Source: Acidobacteriota bacterium | Lineage (GTDB): Bacteria > Acidobacteriota > Vicinamibacteria > Vicinamibacterales > UBA2999 | Assembly: GCA_021731165.1 (NCBI GenBank) | Contig: JAKFXY010000004.1 | Coordinates: forward strand, 640-64,639 | DNA: 64,000 nt | Direction of reading: 5' to 3' | Shown: one piece after another, positions 18,801 through 30,233 of the stretch | Layout of the letters: each line of letters begins with the position of its first letter | Position numbering within the stretch: the stretch's first letter is position 1 | The notes under the pieces: model-generated | Told to the model about the DNA's origin: nothing | What the model saw: only the letters and a program-made list of their open reading frames with translations | Database searches by the model: none | Translations under genes and position numbers: made by a program

Positions 18801-19337
18801 ATGCCCAATGCACGACGCCCGATGCCACATGACCATCCGCTGATTCTGGGACTATTCGACGACTCCGCGTCCGCGGCCGCGGCCGCGCGGGGGTTGAGGG
18901 CCCTCGGTGTGCCGCGTGAGGGTGTTTCCATCGTGGCTCGCAGCCATGACGAAGAAGGTGAGCTGGCCAAGGCGTCCGGATCGTCTCCGGGCTCGGAAAT
19001 CGAGGATTCCCGCACGGCATCGAGGCTCGGAGAGCTCGGTGCCCATCTGATTGCCGCCGTGGCGATCGTGCTTCCCGGGATTGGGCCCATTGTTGCCGAC
19101 GGTCCGCTTGCAGCCGGACTCGGCGAGGCGGCTGGTCATCTGGCCGGGGGAGTGGCACGGACGCTCGAACGGGCCGGTCTGCCTGCCGAAACCGCCGCCG
19201 AGTGGGAGAGTCGAATTCATGACGGTGCCGTATTGACCGGCGCGCATGTCACCGCCGCCCAAGCCTCGGCTGCGAAGGATGTGCTCGCTCGATCTGGAGC
19301 GGTTCGAGTGGTGGAGGGGCACTGGCGTGATGCGTGA
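18801..19337 (+). CDS. Hypothetical protein, general-stress-protein-like
   Basis: GLFDD...A..A...L...G.....VSIV and PGIGPIVADGPLAA motifs typical of YflT/general stress-like proteins. Start may be 18822. Confidence 0.6.
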   Translation: MPNARRPMPHDHPLILGLFDDSASAAAAARGLRALGVPREGVSIVARSHDEEGELAKASGSSPGSEIEDSRTASRLGELGAHLIAAVAIVLPGIGPIVADGPLAAGLGEAAGHLAGGVARTLERAGLPAETAAEWESRIHDGAVLTGAHVTAAQASAAKDVLARSGAVRVVEGHWRDA

Positions 19338-19428
19338 TTCAGTCATGAGGCCTGGCCCTTGGGGAGGCCAGCGTGGCGACGGAGGCGTCCTACCGAAGAC
19401 AATTGACTGAAGCGCTCGCCGATTGCCG

Positions 19429-19444
19429 AGGCACTCCTTTTGCA
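19429..19444 (+). promoter_or_regulatory. Putative sigma54 (-24/-12) promoter upstream of tonB
   Basis: AGGCACTCCTTTTGCA: GG-N10-GC spacing with GGCAC and TTGCA cores. Confidence 0.6.
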
Positions 19445-19473
19445 GTTGCGGTGTTTGAACCTGCTCGGGGAGA

Positions 19474-20379
19474 ATGAGCCGAGTCCCTGCTGCCGCAACC
19501 ATGCCGATTCCTAGTCAGCAGAACACGCCCAATCAGGCGCCTTCCACCGACCATGTGAGCCTTCGTCTCACGGGCTCGCCGGCTGGGGGCCCCTCGTCGC
19601 ATCTCGAAAAGCAGAAGGCGCGGATGGGCGGGGCGCTCGGCACGTCCATCCTTGCGCACGCGGCGTTCTTGCTCCTCTTCATCGTCTTCATCCGGCTGGT
19701 CCCCGAACCTGTACGCAATGCCATCCTGCCTGATTCCCTGCCGGACAACATCGTCTGGCTGGCACGGCCCGGACCTGGCGGCGGTGGCGGTGGTGGGAAC
19801 AAGATGCCAGACCCGCCCAAGAAGGCAGAACTCCCCGGCAAGGCAAAGGTCTCGGTCCCTGCGATCAAGGAGCCGGAGCCAACCCCTAAGGTCGATGAGC
19901 CGCCCGTTGAGGTTCCGCTCTCGATTCCCGCCCAAGTCCAGGCGGCGGATACCACGCCGTCGCCTGGTGTACTTGATTCGTCGAATCAGCAGACCGAGTC
20001 AACAGGCAGCGGCACGGGCACGGGAGCGGGTCCAGGACAGGGCTCTGGCCTGGGGCCTGGCACGGGCGGTGGCACCGGAGGCGGCGCGTTCCGGCCTGGC
20101 AACGGGGTCGAGGTGCCACGGCTTATCCGCCAGGTGAAGCCGAGCTATACCTCTGAGGCGATGCGTGCCAAGGTGCAAGGCGTGGTGCAGCTGGAGTGCG
20201 TCGTGGAGACGGACGGTACAGTGGGGAGCTGTGGCGTCCAGAAGTCCTTGGACCAGGCATTTGGCCTCGACCAGGAGGCCATCCGGGCGGCGCGCCAATG
20301 GCGGTTCCAACCTGGTACTCGTTTTGGCGAACCGGTGAGAGTCCTGGTCATTATCGAACTGACGTTCACGCTTCGCTGA
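19474..20379 (+). CDS. Energy transducer TonB family protein
   Basis: TM segment with SxxxH (SILAHAA), Pro/Gly-rich spacer, TonB C-terminal domain (PSYTSEAMRAKVQGVV...GLDQEAIRAARQWRFQPG). Confidence 0.9.
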   Translation: MSRVPAAATMPIPSQQNTPNQAPSTDHVSLRLTGSPAGGPSSHLEKQKARMGGALGTSILAHAAFLLLFIVFIRLVPEPVRNAILPDSLPDNIVWLARPGPGGGGGGGNKMPDPPKKAELPGKAKVSVPAIKEPEPTPKVDEPPVEVPLSIPAQVQAADTTPSPGVLDSSNQQTESTGSGTGTGAGPGQGSGLGPGTGGGTGGGAFRPGNGVEVPRLIRQVKPSYTSEAMRAKVQGVVQLECVVETDGTVGSCGVQKSLDQAFGLDQEAIRAARQWRFQPGTRFGEPVRVLVIIELTFTLR

Positions 20380-20441
20380 CGCGGACCGTCAAGGTTTTTC
20401 GGGCTGCCTTGTCCCCGGCCTCTCCATGTACGTCCCACACG

Positions 20442-20473
20442 AAAAAGCCCGGTGAACCGAAGTCCACCGGGCT
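20442..20473 (-). terminator. Rho-independent terminator of groESL
   Basis: Minus strand AGCCCGGTG-gacttcggtt-CACCGGGCT followed by a T run, 30 nt after the groEL stop. Confidence 0.85.
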
Positions 20474-20502
20474 GAAGAGCGTCGAACGCGTCGAAACGAA
20501 TT

Positions 20503-22447
<1,945 letters not shown>

Positions 22448-22534
22448 CTCTTTCGACTCCAGATGTCCTTGTGTGGTGGCGGGGCCGTCTGGCCCCAGCA
22501 GAAACCGTGAAACCGCGGTTGCGCCCTCTGCGAG

Positions 22535-22561
22535 TTGGCACTCACCGTAGTCAACTGCCAA
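22535..22561 (-). promoter_or_regulatory. CIRCE-like HrcA operator
   Basis: TTGGCACTC-N9-AACTGCCAA on the + strand versus consensus TTAGCACTC-N9-GAGTGCTAA, lying just downstream of the groES -10. Confidence 0.8.
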
Positions 22562-22590
22562 TTCTAGTGGGCGAAGGAAATGAGTGTCAA
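22561..22590 (-). promoter_or_regulatory. sigma70 promoter of groESL (TTGACA-N18-TAGAAT)
   Basis: Near-consensus hexamers directly adjacent to the CIRCE. Confidence 0.75.
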
Positions 22591-22620
22591 GCTGGGCAGC
22601 GGCAGCAGCGCGCGAGCCCG

Positions 22621-22824
22621 CTATCGCCGCAGCCGGTACTCGGCGATCTTTCGGCTGAGGGTGTTTCGGTGCATGCCGAGGAGCTCGGCGGCCCTGCAGA
22701 GGTTTCCCTCCGCCTTGAGCAGGACATGGGCAATGAAGCGCTTCTCGAACTCCCGCTGGGCGTCGTCGTAGCGAATGCCCTTGGTCACCATCTCGTCAAC
22801 GAGGTGCTCGAGTTGTTCACGCAT
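22621..22824 (-). CDS. Small Fis-type HTH protein
   Basis: FEKRFIAHVLLKAEGNLCRAAELLGMHRNTLSRKI is an HTH_8-type motif; TGATG coupling to purC. Confidence 0.85.
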   Translation of the reverse strand: MREQLEHLVDEMVTKGIRYDDAQREFEKRFIAHVLLKAEGNLCRAAELLGMHRNTLSRKIAEYRLRR

Positions 22825-23744
22825 CAGGCCAGGCCTCGATTCCCGAGGTTGAGCTCCTCGCCGGTCAGCCGGCGGTAGGCCTCGAGGTACTTCTCGCGGG
22901 TCCGATGTATGACAGTCTCGGGCAGCGTGGGGACGGGGGGCTGCTTGTTCCAGCGGATCTGCTCGAGGTAGTCGCGGACGAACTGCTTGTCGAAGCTGGC
23001 CTGGGCGCGTCCTGGCGCGTACTGGTCGGCGGGCCAGTAGCGTGAAGAGTCGGGTGTCATGACCTCGTCGATGAGGATGATCGTTCCGTCAGGAGTCAGA
23101 CCGAACTCAAACTTCGTGTCGGCGAGAATGATCCCCCGCGATTCCGCATGGGCCGCGCCGAACGCATAGAGGGAGAGCGTCAGATCCCGCAGCGTGCTGA
23201 TGAGCGTTGTTCCCGCTACGCGACCAGCCTCTTCCTCGCTGATGTTCATGTCGTGGCCGCTGGCGGCCTTGGTGGCCGGGGTGAAAATCGGATGGGGCAG
23301 CCGATCGGACTCCTTGAGTCCAGGCGGCAGCGCGATACCGCACACGGTCCCTGTTGCCTGGTAGTCCTTCCATCCGGAACCCGAGAGGTACCCTCGCGCC
23401 ACGCATTCCACTGGTACCGGACTCGTCTTTCGGACCAGCATCGAACGACCGCTCAGTATGGCCTCGTGATCGCGGAAGGGTGAGGGGTACTGCCCTACAT
23501 CTGTCGTAATCAAGTGGTTGGCGACGATGTGCGTGGTTTGCCTGAACCAGAAGGTCGAGAGCTGCGTGAGGACCAGCCCCTTGTCCGGAATGCCCGAGCC
23601 GAGAATGTAGTCGAAGGCGGAGATACGATCGGTCGCAACCATGACGAGGGCGTTACCCGCGTCATAGATGTCGCGGACTTTCCCCCTGAAATTCGGAGGC
23701 AGCCCGTCGAGCCGAGTATCAATAAGCGGTGTGGTGAGAGGCAC
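22824..23744 (-). CDS. purC: Phosphoribosylaminoimidazole-succinocarboxamide synthase
   Basis: GKVRDIY, TDRISAFD, ECVARGYLSGS, ADTKFEFG, DEVMTPDSSRYW, DKQFVRD. Start estimated at GTG 23744. Confidence 0.95.
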   Translation of the reverse strand: MPLTTPLIDTRLDGLPPNFRGKVRDIYDAGNALVMVATDRISAFDYILGSGIPDKGLVLTQLSTFWFRQTTHIVANHLITTDVGQYPSPFRDHEAILSGRSMLVRKTSPVPVECVARGYLSGSGWKDYQATGTVCGIALPPGLKESDRLPHPIFTPATKAASGHDMNISEEEAGRVAGTTLISTLRDLTLSLYAFGAAHAESRGIILADTKFEFGLTPDGTIILIDEVMTPDSSRYWPADQYAPGRAQASFDKQFVRDYLEQIRWNKQPPVPTLPETVIHRTREKYLEAYRRLTGEELNLGNRGLA

Positions 23745-23860
23745 GGAAGGGAACGCGCATCCTACCGGGATTGCGATTGTGCCGCAACCGTACGCAACAG
23801 CGCTGGCAGTCGCCTTGGTGGAGCCTGATATATTGTAGGTTCCTCCTGACACTGCCTTTC

Positions 23861-24931
23861 GTGCGTAATCACATCCGTACGGCGCTTATCTCGGTTCTGG
23901 CGATCGCCCTGCTTGGGTGGTTTCTCAGTCACGCGAACATCGCTGCCGTTTGGAAAGCGATGCGCGGCGCGCGGCCTGAACTGATTATCGCGGCGCTCGC
24001 CTTGGTCGTCGTGACGTACTGGTGGCGCGTGGTGCGCTGGCAGTATCTGCTCGGGCCGCTGGGGCCCACGCGATTCAGCACCGCGCTCCGGACGACCATC
24101 ATCGGGTTCGCAGCTTCGTTCTTGCTGCCGGCGCGTGCTGGTGACGTCCTTCGGCCGTACTTGCTCGCGCGGCAGGAAGGATTGAGCGCGATGGCGACAT
24201 TCGCGACGATCGTCGTGGAGCGGGTGCTGGACCTGATAGCGGTGCTCGCGCTGCTGGCATTTTTCGTCTGGGGGAGCGGTGGCGCCACGTTGCCACCAGC
24301 GTTGCTCCGGCCAATTCAAATCTCGGCGGCGGTCGCTGGTCTTGCCGCGGTCGTCCTGATGGTCCTGATGTTCGTGCTTGCTTCACATCCCGAACGAGTT
24401 GGCCGGATTGTCTTCGGGCTGAACCGCGTGCTGCCGCATCGTGTCGCACACGCGATGGCCGGGTTCGCCCGGACCTTCGCCGAGGGGCTGGCGGTGGCGC
24501 GAACACCCCGCCCACTCGTGATGGCGCTGCTGTGGTCGTTCCCGCTCTGGATTGCGATTGCATTTGAAGCGTGGCTCGTGACCAGGGCGTTTGACATCAA
24601 CATGTCCTTTGGAGGCAGCTTCCTGCTGCAGGCGCTCCTCGTGATTGGCGTGGCGGTACCCACGCCTGGCGCGGTCGGTGGCTTCCATGAGGCGTACCGG
24701 GTCGGGGTCACGACGTTCTTCGGCGCGTCGGACGATACGGCCGTTGGCGCCGCGATCGTGCTGCACGCGGTGTCGTTCGTGCCGGTGGCGATTGTCGGCA
24801 GCGTGCTCATGGCTCGCGAGGGTCTCAGCCTCAGGCGCTTGCGCGGGCTGGCGGGCGAAGCGCATCAGGCGGAAACACTGCAGGAGACAGAGAGCGATGA
24901 AGTGCCCATTCTGCGGCCATCTGGGCGATAA
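23861..24931 (+). CDS. Lysylphosphatidylglycerol synthase TM-domain (UPF0104, flippase-like) membrane protein
   Basis: [28 protein letters not shown] motifs; about 8 TM segments. Confidence 0.85.
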   Translation: MRNHIRTALISVLAIALLGWFLSHANIAAVWKAMRGARPELIIAALALVVVTYWWRVVRWQYLLGPLGPTRFSTALRTTIIGFAASFLLPARAGDVLRPYLLARQEGLSAMATFATIVVERVLDLIAVLALLAFFVWGSGGATLPPALLRPIQISAAVAGLAAVVLMVLMFVLASHPERVGRIVFGLNRVLPHRVAHAMAGFARTFAEGLAVARTPRPLVMALLWSFPLWIAIAFEAWLVTRAFDINMSFGGSFLLQALLVIGVAVPTPGAVGGFHEAYRVGVTTFFGASDDTAVGAAIVLHAVSFVPVAIVGSVLMAREGLSLRRLRGLAGEAHQAETLQETESDEVPILRPSGR

Positions 24932-25355
24932 GGTCGTCGATTCCCGCGAAAGCAAGGAAGGCGAGGTTATCCGAAGGCGCCGCGAATGCCTCGACTGCGG
25001 CCGGCGCTTCACGAGCTACGAGCGGATCGACGAGATCCCGTACATGGTCATCAAGAAGGGTGGCACCCGCGAGCGCTTCGAACGGCAAAAGCTGATCTCC
25101 GGCCTGCTCAAGGCGTGTGAGAAGCGTCCGGTCAGCGTCGCGGCGCTCGAGGCGGTGGCCGACAAGATCGAATCCACGCTGCAGGAGCGTTCGGAGAAGG
25201 AAATGAGCACCGAGGAAGTCGGGGCGCTCGTGATGGACGAACTGAAGCGGCTGGACAAGGTGGCCTACGTCCGCTTCGCTTCCGTGTACCGCCAGTTCCG
25301 CGACATCGGGGAGTTCATGAGCGAGCTCAAGGATCTGCTGAACACCAAGGAATAG
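24897..25355 (+). CDS. nrdR: Transcriptional repressor NrdR
   Basis: [14 protein letters not shown]...[21 protein letters not shown]-cone, [11 protein letters not shown]. Confidence 0.97.
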   Translation: MKCPFCGHLGDKVVDSRESKEGEVIRRRRECLDCGRRFTSYERIDEIPYMVIKKGGTRERFERQKLISGLLKACEKRPVSVAALEAVADKIESTLQERSEKEMSTEEVGALVMDELKRLDKVAYVRFASVYRQFRDIGEFMSELKDLLNTKE

Positions 25356-25361
25356 ATCGCT

Positions 25362-27662
25362 GTGACGCTGCGTCAGGCTTCATCGCCCCCGCCGCCGGCG
25401 CCCACGCGGAATGCCGCGCCTCAAAGCCGCACACCATTCCGCGACAACACAGCGCTTCTCGTGGGCGGAATTATCGTACTGCTCGGGCTGCTCGCCGGTC
25501 TCCTGGTGCTGGCCAGCCGCTCTTCCACCCTGGCCCCGGCATTTCTCACCGAGTTCGTCCTCTACGCGCTGTCGGCGACGAATCTCACGTTTCTCGTGGC
25601 GCTTGTCTTCGTTCTGGCGCGCAATATCGTCAAGTTGGTCGTGGAGCGGCGGCGGGCACTGCCATTTTCGCGGTTTCGCGGGAAACTGGTCGCCCTCCTG
25701 ATCGGGATGACGCTTATCCCGGCCATGCTGGTGCTGATCGTTGGAGGCCAGCTCATCAGAAATAGCGTCGATCGGTGGTTCAACGCACCGATGGACGAGG
25801 TGCTCTCATCCGCCAGCGCAATAGCGGGGGACTACTACCAGGAGCGCCAGCGGCTGGTCACTGCCGAGGCGCAGAAATTGGCGCGGTCTCTCGCGGCCTA
25901 CGAACTCTCGGACGGCTCCATGGCGATCCGTAATGTGATCGAGTCGGACGTCGCGCAGCAACGCGCGACGCTTGTCGAGGTCTTCCGAGTGGAGAGTGCT
26001 CGAGCGACCATCTCGGACTCGGCTTCAGGGGTCGCGCGGCCCGTGCTGCCCGTGGCGAGCGCGTCGGCTCCCACCCTTCCGGCCGGTTACCAGCCGCAGT
26101 CCGGACAGCAACTCGCGGCGCGAGCCGCGGCGGCCGCGGTTGAGACACGGACGGTGGAGCAGATTCCGGGTGGCGGCGAAATCGTGCGCAGCGCGGTACC
26201 CATCCGCGCCGGGTCGAACGGGCCCATTCGTGGGGTCGTGATCGCGAGTGAGTATTTGACCGGCCAGTTCGCCACCCGTTCGCGCCGCATCACGCAGGCA
26301 TACGAGGACTACCAGCAACTACGCGTGCTGAAGCAGCCGCTGACCGGTGTCTATCTCTCGTTCTTCCTGATGCTGACGCTGATGATTCTGGTTGGCTCGA
26401 CCTGGATGGGACTCTATCTGGCGAAGCGCATCACGCGCCCCGTGCAGATGCTCGCCGTGGCGGCCAAGGAGATCGGCGCCGGCCACCTGGAACACCGCGT
26501 CGTCCCAGAGACGACCGACGAGTTCGGCTCGCTCATTGAAGCGTTCAACAGCATGGCCGGCGAGCTCGCCGCCAGCCGACGCCGTCTCGAGCGCTCGGCC
26601 GTCGATCTCGAGCGGAAACACCGGGACGTGGAAGGTCGTCGACAGTATGTTGAAACCATCCTCGACCGTATCGCGACCGGCGTCGTCTCCATTGACGGCG
26701 CGGGGCGCATTCGGACGGCGAACTCGGCCGCGGTGCGACTCCTCGGGATCGATCCGGGAGTTTCCGGGCTCCCGGCGGCAATCGTATTCGGCGGTCCTGA
26801 TCTGAAGCCGCTTGGGGCGCTGGTGGACGAGGCGTCGAGAACCCGTGAAAACTCGCGCCCGCAGGACGTGACGATTTCGCGAGAGGGCCGTGACTGGCAC
26901 CTAGCCGTCGTGGCCACCCCGCTCGAACGGGATGATGGCGGCGCCGAGGGGCTTGTGATTGTCTTCGATGACGTGACGCCGTTGATCCGCGCGCAGAGAG
27001 TGGCCGCGTGGCGCGAGGTCGCGCGGCGGCTCGCCCACGAGATCAAGAACCCCTTGACCCCGATTCAGCTTTCCGCCGAGCGCATGCGCCGCCACTTTTC
27101 CTCGGCGCCAGAGCCGACGCGCGTATTGGTGGACGAGTGTACGACCACCATCGTGGGCGAAGTTGAGTCGCTCAAGGAGTTGGTGGACGAGTTTTCGCAG
27201 TATGCCCGCATGCCAGCGCCGAAGTCGGCGCCTACGGATTTGCATGCGCTCCTCGGGGACGCCCTCGGTCTGTACAAGGGGATCTTCACGGATGTGGAGA
27301 TCATCACCCGGTTCGCCGCGTCTGTGCCCGGGGTATCCGTCGATCCCGAGCAGATTCGCCGGGTCATCATCAACCTCGTGGACAATGCGATCGAGGCGAT
27401 GGATCAGCGCGGGACGATCGAAATCGAGACGCAATTCGACGCGGCCAAGGATGTCGTACGGATTGTTGTCGCCGATAATGGTCCGGGCATCCCCGCTGCC
27501 GAACGCGACAAGCTGTATCTCCCGTATTACTCGACGAAGCGGCGCGGCAGCGGCCTCGGCCTGGCCATCGTCCGCCGCATCGTCGTGGAACACGGCGGGC
27601 GGATCACCGTCACGGACAACACACCGCACGGCACGAGGTTCGCCATTGAACTGCCCGCATAG
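25362..27662 (+). CDS. NtrY-like sensor histidine kinase (HAMP, PAS, HisKA, HATPase)
   Basis: AWREVARRLAHEIKNPLTPIQLSAER, NLVDNA, DNGPG, GSGLGL; NtrY-like N-terminal TM architecture. Confidence 0.9.
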   Translation: MTLRQASSPPPPAPTRNAAPQSRTPFRDNTALLVGGIIVLLGLLAGLLVLASRSSTLAPAFLTEFVLYALSATNLTFLVALVFVLARNIVKLVVERRRALPFSRFRGKLVALLIGMTLIPAMLVLIVGGQLIRNSVDRWFNAPMDEVLSSASAIAGDYYQERQRLVTAEAQKLARSLAAYELSDGSMAIRNVIESDVAQQRATLVEVFRVESARATISDSASGVARPVLPVASASAPTLPAGYQPQSGQQLAARAAAAAVETRTVEQIPGGGEIVRSAVPIRAGSNGPIRGVVIASEYLTGQFATRSRRITQAYEDYQQLRVLKQPLTGVYLSFFLMLTLMILVGSTWMGLYLAKRITRPVQMLAVAAKEIGAGHLEHRVVPETTDEFGSLIEAFNSMAGELAASRRRLERSAVDLERKHRDVEGRRQYVETILDRIATGVVSIDGAGRIRTANSAAVRLLGIDPGVSGLPAAIVFGGPDLKPLGALVDEASRTRENSRPQDVTISREGRDWHLAVVATPLERDDGGAEGLVIVFDDVTPLIRAQRVAAWREVARRLAHEIKNPLTPIQLSAERMRRHFSSAPEPTRVLVDECTTTIVGEVESLKELVDEFSQYARMPAPKSAPTDLHALLGDALGLYKGIFTDVEIITRFAASVPGVSVDPEQIRRVIINLVDNAIEAMDQRGTIEIETQFDAAKDVVRIVVADNGPGIPAAERDKLYLPYYSTKRRGSGLGLAIVRRIVVEHGGRITVTDNTPHGTRFAIELPA

Positions 27663-27675
27663 CCGGCTGAGACCA

Positions 27676-27752
27676 GCCACGGAGGGACGGAGGCACGGAG
27701 ATCCGTCCTTCGGCGTCAATGCCCGGACTCCGTGTCTCCGTGTCTCCGTGGC
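27676..27752. repeat. Palindromic element built from CACGGAG(A/G) octamer repeats
   Basis: Left arm GCCACGGAGGGACGGAGGCACGGAG (27676-27700) pairs with right arm CTCCGTGTCTCCGTGTCTCCGTGGC (27728-27752). Confidence 0.75.
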
Positions 27753-27764
27753 CCGTAAGAGCAC

Positions 27765-29156
27765 ATGCCATCCCTTCTGATCGTAGACGACGAACCTGGC
27801 GTTCGGAGCGCACTCGGCGGCGTGTTTCGCGACGAGGGCTACGACGTGGACGCCGTGGAGAGCGGTGAGGCGTGCCTCGAGCGGCTGACACGGCAGGTGT
27901 ACGACGTGATCGTGCTGGATATCTGGCTGCCTGGGATGGACGGGCTCGCAACGCTGGCTCGGATGCGCGAGCGGCAGGTCGATGCGCAGGTCGTGATGAT
28001 CTCGGGACACGGCAACATCGAGTCGGCCGTACGGGCCATCAAGATGGGGGCGTTCGATTTCGTGGAGAAGCCGCTGTCCCTCGAAAAGACCGTGCTCGTG
28101 GTGCGCAACGCGATGCGGCAGAGGCGGCTCGAAGCGGAGAACCAGGCTCTTCGCGCGCGCGTGGACGCCCAGTACACGATGGTGGGCGAGAGCTACCTGA
28201 TGGCTCAGCTCCGCGAGCAGGTCGCGATGGCGGCGCCCACAAACGGGCGCGTGCTCATCTTCGGAGAGAACGGAACCGGCAAGGAGCTCGTGGCGCGGAA
28301 CATTCATCTGCTGAGCCGTCGCCGCGCCGGGCCGTTCGTCGAAGTGAACTGTGCCGCCATTCCAGAGGAGCTGATCGAGAGCGAGTTGTTCGGTCATGTC
28401 CGTGGGGCATTCACCGGCGCGGTGTCGGACAGGCGCGGGAAGTTCGAGGCCGCGCATGGCGGTACGATCTTCCTGGATGAGATCGGCGACATGAGCCTCA
28501 AGACGCAGGCCAAGGTGCTGCGCGTCCTGCAGGAGCAGGTCATGGACGCCGTCGGGGGATCGGCGCGTATCAAGGTGGACGCGCGAGTGTTGGCGGCGAC
28601 GAACAAGGACCTGCCCGTGGAGATCCGTGCGGGGCGGTTCCGCGAGGATCTCTACTTCCGGCTGAACGTGGTGCCGATCTTCGTGCCCCCGCTCCGGGAT
28701 CGCCAGGAGGACATCCTTGTGCTGGCCGATCACTTCATGGCGATGCTCGCGCGCGAGTACGGCCGGCGTCCGAAATCCTTCGACCCGGATGCGGTGTCGG
28801 CGCTGCGGCGATACCCGTGGCCGGGCAACGTCCGCGAACTGAGGAATCTGGTCGAGCGGTTGATGATCATGGTGCCTGGCGATCGGATCGCCGGACGCGA
28901 TCTGACGTTCCTCGATCAGGGGATGGTGGGAGGAATGGACACCGCCGCGCGGCCCATGCCCGCGAGCTCGACGTCGCTGCATGATGCGCGCGACCAGTTC
29001 GAGCGCGACTACATCCTGCGCGCGCTGGCGGTCCAGCAGGGAAACATCTCGCGTACGGCGGACATGCTTGGCATCGAGCGCAGCAACCTCTACCGAAAGA
29101 TGCGCGGCTTTGGCATTGCGCCGCCACGCCGGATCGACGACGACGAGAACGCGTGA
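27765..29156 (+). CDS. NtrX/NtrC-like sigma54-dependent response regulator
   Basis: REC domain (VDDE, LDIWLPGMDG), AAA+ (GENGTGKE, GAFTGA, FLDEIG, FREDLYFRLNV, WPGNVREL), Fis HTH. Confidence 0.93.
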   Translation: MPSLLIVDDEPGVRSALGGVFRDEGYDVDAVESGEACLERLTRQVYDVIVLDIWLPGMDGLATLARMRERQVDAQVVMISGHGNIESAVRAIKMGAFDFVEKPLSLEKTVLVVRNAMRQRRLEAENQALRARVDAQYTMVGESYLMAQLREQVAMAAPTNGRVLIFGENGTGKELVARNIHLLSRRRAGPFVEVNCAAIPEELIESELFGHVRGAFTGAVSDRRGKFEAAHGGTIFLDEIGDMSLKTQAKVLRVLQEQVMDAVGGSARIKVDARVLAATNKDLPVEIRAGRFREDLYFRLNVVPIFVPPLRDRQEDILVLADHFMAMLAREYGRRPKSFDPDAVSALRRYPWPGNVRELRNLVERLMIMVPGDRIAGRDLTFLDQGMVGGMDTAARPMPASSTSLHDARDQFERDYILRALAVQQGNISRTADMLGIERSNLYRKMRGFGIAPPRRIDDDENA

Positions 29157-29394
29157 GCCGCGCCGTCAATTCACGACACAGGCCGCACCTGGTGCTGTAC
29201 TATGAGCACGCGTCGGGCCATAGGCACCGCGTCCGTCGTCCAGCATGGCCGCCAACCTCCATCAAGCAGACATGACAACCTGTTGCGAGCCCTTCGTCCG
29301 CGAGGCGCCCGCGAGGCCTACGATTCCTCATGATCGCTCAGGGTCCGAGGTCGGGGTCTCAGCGAGCGTCGTCGGCGGCGGGTCCGCCTGAGTC

Positions 29395-30111
29395 ATGGCG
29401 GTTCTCGCGAATGGCCCTTCCGCCGACACGTTTGAATTTGAAGCCCTGCGGTACGCGCGGAACTATCGGCACGCGCTGCGCGCGGAGTTCGCTTCCTCCT
29501 TGCGGGGCCGGATAGTAGAGGTTGGTGCCGGTATCGGCCAGATGACCGAACTGCTGGTCCAAGCGCCAGGCACAGGCGGAGTGCTGGCCGTTGAGCCGGA
29601 CCCTGGATACTGCGAACAGTTCCGTCGGCGTCTGCCGGACCAGCCGCTGATACAGGGGACCGTGGCCGATCTCCCGCGGGATTCGCGCGGAGACTGCGTG
29701 GTCAGCATCAACGTGCTCGAACATATTGCCGACGACGAGCGCGAGCTGAGCGAGTACGCGCGTCTGCTGCGCCACGACTCCGGGGTGTTGTGTCTTTTTG
29801 TGCCGGCACGCCCGGAGATCTACGCGCCCATTGAAGAGGGCTTTGGACACTTTCGCCGCTACCGCCGACATGAACTGCGCGAAAAGCTCGAGCGCGCGGG
29901 TTTCGAGGTCGTCCGCCTTCACTACTTCAACGTGTTCGGGTATTTTGCCTGGTGGTTCAACTTCTGCTTCTTGCGCAGGCGTCACTTCGATGTCGCCGCG
30001 GTTCGGTTCTTCGACTCGGCTATTTTTCCCACCGTACACGCGTTGGAATCGAGAGTCGTTCGTCCGCCGTTCGGCCAAAGCCTGCTGGCCATCGCGAGGA
30101 GCGTCCGGTAA
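29395..30111 (+). CDS. Class I SAM-dependent methyltransferase
   Basis: VEVGAGIG, VEPD, SINVLEHI.DD, FVPA....Y......GHFRRY. Confidence 0.85.
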   Translation: MAVLANGPSADTFEFEALRYARNYRHALRAEFASSLRGRIVEVGAGIGQMTELLVQAPGTGGVLAVEPDPGYCEQFRRRLPDQPLIQGTVADLPRDSRGDCVVSINVLEHIADDERELSEYARLLRHDSGVLCLFVPARPEIYAPIEEGFGHFRRYRRHELREKLERAGFEVVRLHYFNVFGYFAWWFNFCFLRRRHFDVAAVRFFDSAIFPTVHALESRVVRPPFGQSLLAIARSVR

Positions 30112-30233
30112 GGCCGGTGCGCTCGGCGGACTGCTCCCTGCCGATGTGCTGCGTCGTCTCTGCAGCCGCGCTCGAGAAGCGCGGCGAAGCAAGAGGCCCT
30201 TCGAGGCGTTCGCCGCGCCCGGCCGTGTAGCCG

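Noticed and set aside
19775-20095. GGC-rich repeats in tonB as a possible repeat array
   Set aside because: They encode the Gly/Pro-rich TonB linker; there is no spacer structure.
27676-27752. Possible mini-CRISPR
   Set aside because: Units are 8 bp and inverted, with no unique spacers and no cas genes.
26901-28982. 693-aa minus-strand ORF across the two-component genes
   Set aside because: Antisense shadow with no recognisable domain.
29330-29515. 61-aa ORF after a TACGAT box
   Set aside because: It overlaps the methyltransferase out of frame and has no protein-like features; the box may simply be the methyltransferase promoter.
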